Source: Raja brachyura (lineage: Eukaryota). From it: a DNA stretch of 64,000 nucleotides. Below the pieces are notes generated by a model. It ran no database searches. It was not told the DNA's origin and saw only the letters and a program-made list of their open reading frames with translations. The stretch's first letter is position 1, and each line of letters opens with the position of its first letter. Shown here piece after piece: positions 23,745 to 34,362 of this stretch. Position numbers and translations under genes: made by a program. The stretch is from the NCBI GenBank assembly GCA_963514005.1, contig OY740805.1, positions 42,160,001-42,224,000 on the forward strand, in the 5' to 3' direction.

Positions 23745-24755
23745 TATAATGAAGTAGATTTTCAAAGTCTACAGAGAGATTTAGGCCATTTGGAAGAGTG
23801 GGCTGAAAGATGGCAGATGGAGTTTAATGCTGATAAGTGTGAGGTGCTACATCTTGGCAGGACAGATCAAAATAGGACGTACATGGTAAATTATAGCGAA
23901 TTGAGGAATGCAGTTGAACAGAGGGATGTAGGAATAACTGTGCATAGTTCCCTGAAGGTGGAATCCCATGTAGATAGGGTGGTAAAGAAAGCTTTTGGTG
24001 TGCTGGCCTTTATAAATCAGAGCATTGAGTACAGAAGTTGGGATGTAATGTTAAAAGTGTACATGGCATTGGTGAGGCCAATTCTGGAATATGGTGTACA
24101 ATTCTAGTCGCCAAATTATGGGAAAGGTAAAAAAATAGAGAGAGTATAGAGGAGATTTACTAGAATGTTGCCTGGGTTTCAGCACCTAAATTACAGAGAA
24201 AGGTTGAACAAGATAGTTATTTGGAGCGCAGAAGGTTAAGGGGGGACTTCATCTTCTTTCGTGTGGCGTGCACAACCTAAAGTTGTTGGGCAACTTGTTC
24301 TATTTGATCTTCCGTTTGTCCACGTCGAGTCGATTGCATTAATCGAAACTGGGCGTACCACGTGAAGGTTGCAATCTTCCACTAAGGGGGGACTTGATAG
24401 AGGTCTTTAAAATTATGAGAGGGATAGACAGAGTTGACGTGGATAAGCATTTTCCATTGAGAGTAGGGAAGAGTCAAACACGAGGACATGATTTGAGAAA
24501 TAAGGGACAAAAGCTTAGGGGTAACATGAGGGGGAACTTCTTTACTCAGAGAGTGGTAGCTGTGTGGAAAGAGCTTCCAGTGGAAGTGGTGGAGGCAGGT
24601 TCGATTTTAACATTTAAAAATAAATTGGGTAGGTATATGGACGGGAAAGGAATGGAGGGTTATGGTCTGACTGCAGGTAGATGGGACTAGGTGAGAGTAA
24701 GTGTTCGGCACGGACTAGAAGGGCCGAGGTGCTGTAATTGTTATATGGTTATATA
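23745..24755 (+). mobile_element. CR1 LINE 3' part with a nested 133-bp retro-insertion (24250-24382)
   Basis: ORFs 23709-24107 and 24394-24690. The insert is flanked by the 13-bp TSD TAAGGGGGGACTT. Confidence 0.88.
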
Positions 24756-25284
24756 CAGTGACTACGCTCAGAACAAAACATAGAACATAGAACAGTACAG
24801 GAAAAGATCCTTCAGACCACGTATAGACACAGAAAGCTGGAGTAACTCAGCGGGACAGGCAGCATCTCTGGAGAGAATGAACCCATTCCTTTTCTCCAGA
24901 GATGCCACCTGTCCCGCTGAGTTACTCCAGCTTTTTGTGTCTATCCTAGACTCTTCCGACAGTGGAAACATCCTCTCCACATCCACTCTATCCAAGCCTT
25001 TCACTATTCTGTAAGCTTCAATGAGGTCCCCCCTCGTTGTTCTAAACTCCAGTGAGTACAGGCCCAGTGCCGTCAAACGCTCATCATATGTTAACCCACT
25101 CATTCCTGGGATCATTCTTGGAATACACCTCCTCTGGACCCGCTCCAGAGCCAGCATATGCTTCCTCAGATAAGGTGCCCAAAATTGCTTCAAATGCGGG
25201 CTGACCAACACCTTATGGAGCCTCAGCATTACATCCCTAATTTTGTATACTAGCCCTCTTCAAACAAATGCTAGCATTGCGTTT

Positions 25285-28200
25285 AAGAAACATAGAAACA
25301 TAGAAAATATGTGCAGGAGGAGGCCATTCGTCCCTTCGAGCCAGCACCGCCATTCATTGTGATCATGGCTGATCGTCCCCTATCAATAACCCATGCCTGC
25401 CTTCTCCCCATATCCCTTGACTCCACAAGCCCCTAGAGCTCTATCTCGCTCTTAAATCCATCCAGTGACTTGGCCTCCACTGCCCTCTGTGGCAGGGAAT
25501 TCCATAAATTCACAACTCTCTGGGTGAAATCGTTTTTTCTCACATCAGCCTTAAATGACCTTCCCTTTATTCTAGGACTGTGGCCCTTGGTTCTGGACTC
25601 GCCCAACATTGGGAACATTTTTCCTGCATCTAGCTTGTCGAGTCCTTTTATAATGTTATATGTTTCTATACGATCCCCCCCTCATCCTAAACTCTAGTGA
25701 ATACAAGCCTATTCTTTTCAATCTTTCCTCATATGACAGTCCCGCCATCCCAGGGATCAATCTCGTGAACCGATAGTGCACTTCCTCAATCGCAAGGATG
25801 TCCTTCCTCAAATTAGGAGACCAAAACTGTACACAATAGTCCAGATGTGGTCTCACCAGAGCCCTACACAACTGCAGAAGAGCCTCTTTACTCCTATACT
25901 GAAATCCTCTTGTTATGAAGGGCAACATTCCATTAGCTTTCTCCTCTGCCTGCTGTACCTGTCAGCCAACTTTCAGTGGTAGGTGATAGGCCCAGGTCTC
26001 GCTGCACCCCCTTACCTAACCTAACCCCATTGAGATAATAATCTGCCGCTTTGTTTTGCCACCAACGTGGATAACCTCACATTTATCTATATTATTCTGC
26101 ATCTGCCACGCATCTGCCCACTCACTCAACCTGTGCAGGTCTCCCTGCAACCTCCTAACATCCTCTTCACAGTTCACACTGCCACCCAGCTTTGTGTCAT
26201 CCACAAACGTGCTAGTGTTGCTCATAATTCCCTCTTCCAAATCATTAATATAAATGGTAAACAGTTGCAGCCCCAACACAGAGCTTTGTGGCACTTCACT
26301 CGTCACTGCCTGCCATTCTAAAAAGGACCCGTTCACTCCTACTCTTTGCTTCCAGTCTGCCAACCAATTTTCTATCCATGTCAACACCCTACCTCCAATA
26401 CCATGTTCTCTAATTTTAGTCACCAGTCTCCCGTGCGGGACCATATCAAATGCTTTCTGAAAGTCTACATATACTACATCCACTGGCACCCCTTCATCCA
26501 TTTTACTTGTCACATCCTCAAAAAATTCCAGAAGATTGAGGGGGGATCTTATAGAAACTTACAAAATTCTTAAGGGGTTGGACAAGCTAGATGCTGGAAG
26601 ATTGTTCCCGATGTTGGGGGAGTCCAGAACAAGGGGTCACAGTCTAAGGATAAGGGGGAATTCCTTTAGGACCGAGATGAGGAAAACATTCTTTACACAG
26701 AGAGTGGTGAGTCTCTGGAATTCTCTGCCACAGAAGGTAGTTGAGGCCAGTTCATTGGCTATATTTAAGAGGGCGTTAGATGTGGCACTTGTGGCTAAAG
26801 GGATCAGGGGGTATGGAGAGCGGGCAGGTACGGGATATTGAGTTGGATGATCAGCCATGATCACACTGAATGGCGATGCAGGCTCGAAGGGCTGAATGGC
26901 CTCCTCCTGCACCTATTTTTCTATGTTCTATGTTTCTAAGATTAGTCAAGCATGATTTCCCTTTCATAAATCCATGTTGACTTGGACTAATCCTTTTACT
27001 GCTATCCAAATGCCCCATTATTACCTCTTTAATAATTGACTCCAGCATCTTTCCCACCACCGAAGTCACACTAACTGGTCTGTAATTCCCCGTTTGCTCT
27101 CTTGCTCCTTTCTTGAAAAATGGGATAACATTAGCTATCCCCCAATCCACAGGAACTGATCCTGAATCTATTGAACATTGGAAAATAATCACCAATGCGT
27201 CTACTATGTCTAGAGCCATCTCCCTGAGGACCCTGGGATGCAGACCATCAGGCCCTGGGGTTTTATGGTCCTTCACTCCCATTAGCCTAGCCAATACTAT
27301 TTCTCACCTAATGAAAATTTATTTCAGTTCCTCTACCCTCTTAGATCCTCTGTCCACCAGTACATCTGGGAAATTGTTTGTGTCTTCCTTAGTGAAGGGT
27401 TACCCATTCAACCCTTCTGCCATTTCCTTGTTGCCCATAATCATTTCACCCGTGTCTGCCTTCAAGGGACCCACATTTGACTTTGCTACTCTTTTTCTCT
27501 TAACATATCTAAAAAAGCTTTTACTGTCCTTCTTTATATTCCTGGCAAGCTTCCCTTCGTACTTCATCTTTTCTGTCCGTATTGCCCGTTTTGTTTCTTT
27601 CTGTTATCCTATGAAAGTTTCCCAATCCTCTGGCTTCCGGCTACTCACTGCTCACATCTTTTCTTTTAGTTTTATTCTATCCCTAACTTCTCTTTTCAGC
27701 CACGGTTGCCTCCTACTCCCCTTAGAATCTTTCTTCCTTTTTGGAATGAAATTATCCTGCGTTTTTTGGATAATGCCCAGAAATTCCTTCAATTGCTGTT
27801 CCACTGTCATTCCTGCTAGGATCCCATTCCAGTCTACCTTGGCCCGCTCCCCTCTCATGCCTTCATAGTCCCCTTTGTTCAACTGCATCACTGACACTTC
27901 CGATTTAACCTTCTCCTTCTCAATTTGCAGATTAAACCTAGTCATATTATGATCACTGCCTCCAAGCGGTTCCTTTACCTCGAGGTCTCTTATCATATCT
28001 GGTTCATTGGACAACACTAAATCCAGAATATCCTTTTTTCTGGTCGGCTCCATTACAAGCTGCTCTAAGAATCCATCTCGGAGGCATTTTACAAACTCTC
28101 TTTCTTGGGGTGCTGAACCAACCTGATTTTCCCAGTCTACCTGCATATTGAAATCCCCATCACCACAGTGGCATTACCTTTGTTACATGCCAGTTTTAAC

Positions 28201-29575
28201 TCCTGCTGCAACTTACACCCTACATCCGGGCTATTATTTGCGTGTCTGTATATAACACCAATTAGTGTCTTCTTGCCTTTACAATTCCTCAACTCAATCC
28301 ACAGTGACTCTACCTCATCAGTCCCTATGTCTTCCCTCGCAAGGGACTGAATTCCATCCCTCACCAGCAGAGCTACCCCCCCCCCCCCCTCCTCTGCCCA
28401 CCTGCCTGTCCTTTCTATAGGATGTATAACCCTGAATATTAAGTTCTCAGGCCCGATCCTCCTGCAGCCACGTCTCAGTAATCCCCACAATGTCATATCT
28501 ACCAACCTCTAACTGAGCCTCGAGCTCATCTATTTTACTTCTTATACTTTGCGCATTCCTAATACAATACTTTTAATTCCTCATGAATCTCACCTTTCAC
28601 ATCGATCCCTATTACACTTGGCCATACTCTCCTATCCCTTTGTGAGCCTTTCCCGTTAATTCTGGGGTCATTAGCTTTCCCTTTACTCTCTTTCCCTTTA
28701 ACTCCATCCTCGACTATCCCATTTGACACCCCATCCCCCTTATTCAGTTTAAAACCACCCGTGTGGCAGTGGCAAACCTGCCTGGCAGAATGCTGGTCCC
28801 CCACCTGTTAAGATGCAATCCGTCCCTTTTGTACAGTTTCCCCTTACTCCAAAACAGATCCCAGTGATCCCAGTTCCTCAGCCACACATTCAGGTCCTGT
28901 ATCTCCCTGTTCCTGCTCTCGCCAGCACGACGAACTGGAAGCAAACCAGGGATAACAACCCTGGAGGTCCTGCTTTTCAACATTTTTCCGAGCTCTAAAG
29001 TCACGCTGCAGAATATTCATCCCCTTCTTTCCAACATCGTTTGTGCAGACATGCACTACCACTTCCGGCTGTTCACCTTCGCCCTTGAGGATTTTCTGCA
29101 CTCTGTCCGTGACATCCTGGATCCTGGCACCATCCTCGAATCCCGTGTGTTCCTGCAGAAACCCCTGTCCGCACCTCTCACAATGGATTCTCCAACTACA
29201 ATGGCGTTGCCTGACGTTGGCCTCTTTGGTTTTGGCTCAGCAGCACTTTTTCCTTCGTAAGCCAGTCCGCCGCTCAGTGTGATAATGCCTTCTGTCCTGA
29301 CAGCTTCTAAGTGGGTGAACCTGTTCACATGAGGTACAACACCTGGGGACCTTTGCATTCCATGTTTCCCTCCCTTTCTCACCGTCACCCACCTTCTCTC
29401 TTCCAGTACCTCAGGTGTAACAATCTTGCTGTAGGACTTGTCGAGGAACGACTCAGTTTCTTGGACGAACCTGAGGCCATCCACTTGCTTCTCCAGTTCC
29501 CCAACACAGTCCTTCAGGAGCTGTACCTGGATGCACTTCTCACATTTGTAGCAGCCAGAGGCAGAAAGCATTTGG
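25285..29575 (-). mobile_element. Near full-length degenerate CR1 LINE (ORF1 Zn-finger/leucine zipper/esterase, ORF2 APE and RT)
   Basis: ORF1 motifs CYKCEKC..LLKDCVGELEKQV, AIVVGESIVRG, VVVHVCTND and RDGLHLN. APE motifs GGGVALLV, LIGVIYR, ILDLVLSN and GSDHN. RT and 3' tail are present, with many frameshifts. Confidence 0.9.
26538..26937 (+). mobile_element. Young CR1 3' fragment nested in the older CR1
   Basis: TSD AAGATT on both sides. Nearly identical to the 3' end of the CR1 at 30814-32552. Confidence 0.88.
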
Positions 29576-29579
29576 TTTC

Positions 29580-30600
29580 TTTACTACCGATTTGACTTCC
29601 AGATTAACATTTGGGGAATCCTGCACCAGCACTCCCAAGTCGCTTTGCACCTCCGATTTCTGGATTCCCTCCCCATGTGGAAATAGTCTGCATCTTTATT
29701 CCTACTACCAAAATGCATGACTCCACACTTTGCTACACTATATTGCATCTGCCACTTCTCTGCCCACTCTCCCAACCTGTCCAAGTCCTTCTGCAGAGTC
29801 ACTACTTTCTCCACACTACCTGCCCCTCCACCTATTTTCATATCATCCGCAAACTTGGCCACAAAGCCTTCTATCCCGTCGTCCAAATCAGTAATACGCA
29901 ACGTGAAGAGTAGCGGCCCCAGCACCGACCCTCACAGAACTCCGCTAGTCACTGGCAGCCAACCACAAATAGCCCCCTTTATTGCCACTCTTTGCCTTCT
30001 GCCATCCAGCCAACCTGCTATCCATGCTGGTATCTGCCCTTTGATACCATGGGCTCTCATCTTCCTGAGTAGCCTCACGTGTGGCACCTTATCAAAGGCT
30101 TTCTGAAAATCTAGATGAACAACATCTACAAACTCTCCTTTGTCTGTCCTGCTGTTTACTTCTGCAAAGTATTCCTGCAGATTCGTCAGGCAAGACCTCC
30201 CCTTCACAAAACAGCTGACTTTGACCTATTTTATCATGAACCAAGTTCTCCGTAAGCTCAGCCTTTATAATGGATTCTGAAATCTTACCAACCACCAAAG
30301 TCAGACTAACCGGCCTCTAGTTCCCAATATTCTGCTTTGCTCCCTTCTTGTGCAGCGGGGTAATATTGGCAAATTTCCAATCATCTGGAACCACTCCTGA
30401 CTCTAGTGATTCTTGAAATATCACAGATGCTATCTATGCATTAATGCGTCCACAATCTCTAAAGCAACCTCTTTCAGAACCCTGGGGTACAGTCTATCCA
30501 ATCCAGGTGACATATCCACCTTCAGCCCTTTCAGCTTCCCAGCACCTTCTCCTTCGTAATAGCCACTCCACTAACTTCCATCCCCTGATCTCTTGCATTT
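29580..30600 (-). mobile_element. CR1 ORF2 fragment (mirror copy at ~62600-63099)
   Basis: ORFs 29584-29925 and 29932-30207 (KGRSCLTNL, LDFQKAFDKVPH, KFADD). Confidence 0.88.
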
Positions 30601-30813
30601 AAGACATGTGNNNNNNNNNNNNNNNNNNNNNNNNNNNNNNNNNNNNNNNNNNNNNNNNNNNNNNNNNNNNNNNNNNNNNNNNNNNNNNNNNNNNNNNNNN
30701 NNNNNNNNNNNNNNNNNNNNNNNNNNNNNNNNNNNNNNNNNNNNACTTTATCTGCAGCCCGAGGTTATATAGACCTGAGACCCATTCCTTATCTTCAGCG
30801 ATGCTGCCTGTAT

Positions 30814-32552
30814 AGAAACATAGAAAATAGGTGCAGGAGTAGGCCATTCGGCCCTTCGAGCCTGCACCGCCATTCAATGTGATCATGGCTGATCATCCAA
30901 CTCAGTATCCCGTACCTGCCTTCTCTCCATACCCCCTGATCCCTTTAGCCACAAGTGCCACATCTAACGCCCTCTTAAATATAGCCAATGAACTGGCCTC
31001 AACTACCTTCTGTGGCAGAGAATTCCAGAGACTCACCACTCTCTGTGTAAAGAATGTTTTCCTCATTTCGGTCCTAAAGGAATTCCCCCTTATCCTTAGA
31101 CTGTGACCCCTTGTTCTGGACTCCCCCAACATCGGGAACAATCTTCCAGCATCTAGCTTGTCCAACCCCTTAAGAATTTTGTAGGTTTCTATAAGATCCC
31201 CCCTCAATCTTCTAAATTCCATCGAGTACAAACCGAGTCTATCCAATCTTTCCTCATATGAAAGTCCTGACATCCCAGGAATCAGTCTGGTGAATCTTCT
31301 CTGTACCCCCTCTATGGCAAGGATGTCTTTCCTCAGATTTGGAGACCAAAACTGTACGCAGTACTCCAGGTGTGGCCTCACCAAAACCCTGTACAACTGC
31401 AGTAGAACCTCCCTGCTCCTATACTCAAATCCTTTCGCTATGAATGCTAACATACCATTTGCTTTCTTCACTGCCTGCTGCACCTGCATGCCTACTTTCA
31501 ATGACTGGTGTACCATGACACCCAGGTCTCGTTGCATCTCCCCCTTACCTAATCTGCCACCATTCAGATAATAGTCTACCCTCATGTTTTTGCCACCAAA
31601 GTGGATAACCTCACATTTATCCACATTGTACTGCATCTGCCATGCATCTGCCCATTCACTCAGCCTATCCAAATCACCCTGCAGCCTCCAAGCATCCTCC
31701 TCACACCTAACTATACCCCCCAGCTTGGTATCATCTGCAAATTTGGAGATGTTGCATTGAATTCCCTCGTCCAAATCATTAATATATATTGTAAATAGCT
31801 GGGGTCCCAGCACTGAGCCTTGCGGCACCCCACTAGTCACTGCCTGCCATTCTGAAAAGGACCCGTTTACTCCTACCCTTTGCCTCCTGTCTGCTAGCCA
31901 GTTCTCTATCCACATCAATACTGAACCCCCAATACCGTGTGCTTTAAGTTTGTATGCTAATCTCTTATGCGGGACCTTGTCGAAAGCCTTCTGAAAGTCT
32001 AGATATAACACATCCACTGGTTCTCCCTTATCCACTCTACTAGTTACATCCTCGAAAAATTCTATCAGATTTGTCAGACATGATTTACCTTTCGTAAATC
32101 CATGCTGACTTTGTCCAATGATTTCACCACTTTCCAAATGCGCTGCTATCCCATCTTTAATAACTGACTCTAGCAGTTTCCCCACTACCGATGTTAGACT
32201 AACTGGTCTGTAATTCCCCGCTTTCTCTCTCCCTCCTTTTTTAAAAAGTGGGGTTACATTAGCTACCCTCCAATCCTCAGGAACTACTCCAGAATCTAAG
32301 GAATTTTGAAAAATTATCACTAATGCATCCACTATTTCTGTGGCTACCTCCTTGAGTACTCTGGGATGCAGACTATCTGGCCCTGGGGATTTATCGGCCT
32401 TCAATCCGTTCAATTTACCCAACACCACCTCCCGGCTAACCTGGATTTCACTCAGTTCCTCCATCTTATTTGACCCCCGTTCCACTGCTATTTCCGGCAG
32501 ATTATTTATGTCTTCCTTAGTGAAGACAGAACCAAAGTAGTTATTCAAAGTA
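30814..32552 (-). mobile_element. Young 5'-truncated CR1 with an uninterrupted RT ORF (557 aa), left arm only
   Basis: ORF 30902-32575 is stop-free through the RT domain. TSD GTAT (30810-30813 and 32553-32556). The empty site is visible in the right arm at ~62430-62450. Confidence 0.95.
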
Positions 32553-32610
32553 GTATCGCTGAGTAACTCCAGCATTTTGTGTCTGCCCTAGGTATACGGT
32601 TTACCAGCAG

Positions 32611-33015
32611 TCTGGTCGCGGCCGGGTTCAAGTGGAGTCTGGTCCCAGCCGGGTTCAAGTGGAGTCTGGTCCCAGCCGGGTTCAAGTGGAGTCTGGTCCC
32701 AGCCGGGTTCAAGTGGAGTCTGGTCCCAGCCGGGTTCAAGTGGAGTCTGGTCCCAGCCGGGTTCAAGTGGAGTCTGGTCCCAGCCGGGTTCAAGTGGAGT
32801 CTGGTCCCAGCCTGGTTCAAGTGGAGTCTGGTCCCAGCCGGATTCAAGTGGAGTCTGGTCCCAGCCGGGTTCAAGTGGAGTCTGGTCCCAGCCGGGTTCA
32901 AGTGGAGTCTGGTCCCAGCCGGGTTCAAGTGGAGTCTGGTCCCAGCCGGGTTCAAGTGGAGTCTGGTCCCAGCCGGGTTCAAGTGGAGTCTGGTCCCAGC
33001 CGGGTTCAAGTGGAG
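32611..33015. repeat. 27-bp minisatellite x15 within a CR1 ORF1 esterase remnant (x4 at 62276-62383)
   Basis: Unit CCAGCCGGGTTCAAGTGGAGTCTGGTC. The minus strand reads (LHLNPAGTR)15 after FRRDG. Confidence 0.95.
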
Positions 33016-33367
33016 TCCGTCCCGTCGGAACACTTCCCTCCTTCTCCATTACTGGGGCCAATGTCCCACAGATTCAAATCCACATCTTCCACATCAGTCT
33101 TTGATCCACGCGTTCAACTCTCTAATCCTCTCAACTCGATGCCAATTTGCTCTCGGCTCAAGTAGCAATCCAGAGATTATTACCTTCTTTGTTCTGCTGT
33201 CCAATTTGGTATCTAGCTGTTCAAATTCAGGATTGAACCCAGGTCCCTGGAGCTGTGAAGAGCTGCGTCACTGTGCCCCCCTCTCTTTGTTCCTTGCTCC
33301 CCGCTGTCATTATTTTATTTCCAATTTTAGTTGCAGTGAAAATGTGAAATATTTCTGTTTTGTGCAG

Positions 33368-33394
33368 GATACGAGGAAATGGAACGATATTATG
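33368..33394 (+). CDS. Butyrophilin cytoplasmic 27-nt mini-exon
   Basis: tttctgttttgtgcAG acceptor and GTATGT donor. 27 nt, phase 1/1, (G)YEEMERYY. Identical in the mirror copy. Confidence 0.6.
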
Positions 33395-34362
33395 GTATGT
33401 ACAGGCCGATGTACAATTCATTAAAACTATCTGGTGTGTGTTATGTCAGCTAAAGCGCAGATCATGAATGGTTCAATATAACGTAGAACAGTACATCACA
33501 AGAACAGGCCATTCGGCGCACATTATCTGTGCAGAACATGTTGCGAAGACCAGCTCTTATCTGCCTGCACATAATCCATATCCCTCCATTCCCTGTATAT
33601 CCAGGTGTCTATCTAAAATGCCACTATCGTATCTGCCTCCACCACCACCCCTGGCAGCACATCCCAGGTGCTCCCCACACTGGGAAAAACACTTGCCCCA
33701 CACAAATCCTTTAACCTTTGCCCCTCTCACCTTAAAGCTATGTCCTCGAGTCTTTGATTATTTTCACGCTGGGGAAAAAGGTTCTGACTATCCACCTGTT
33801 CTATGCCTGTCATAATTGTATCCACTTCTGCCTCAACCACCTCTTCCAACAGCTTGTTCCATATACCCACCACCCTTTGTGTAAAAGAGTTCCCTCTCTG
33901 GTACCTGTTAACTCTACTGCCTCCCCCCCCTTACTTTAATCCTATGGTTGTTGATTCCCCTACTCTGGGGACGAGACTCTGTGCGTTTCCCCGATCTATT
34001 CCTCTCACAATACTGTACACCTCTTTCTGATCACCCCTCATCCTCCTGCGCTACGAGGAATAAAGTCCTAGCCTGCTCACCCTCTCCCTATAGCTCAGGC
34101 CCTTGAGTCCTGGCAACATCCTTGTGAATCTTATCTGTACCCTTTACAGCTTGACAACGTATTTCCTATAACGTGGTGCCCAGAACTGAACACAACACTC
34201 CAAATGTGGCATCACCAACGTCTTATATATCTGCAACGTGACCTCCCAACTTCTATATTCAATACTGTGACTGATGAAGCCCAATGTGCTGAAACACTTT
34301 ATGAGCACACTATCTACCTGTGACGCCACTTTCAAGGAACTATGTTACTGCATTACATTACA

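Noticed and set aside
30902-32575. 557-aa ORF as a host gene or autonomous element
   Set aside because: It is a 5'-truncated CR1 ORF2 lacking the endonuclease, and its start codon comes from flanking DNA.
32545-33424. Repeat-protein ORFs (WSLVPAGFK)n, (ESGPSRVQV)n and (LEPGWDQTP)n
   Set aside because: They are alternative frames of a 27-bp VNTR inside a CR1 remnant.
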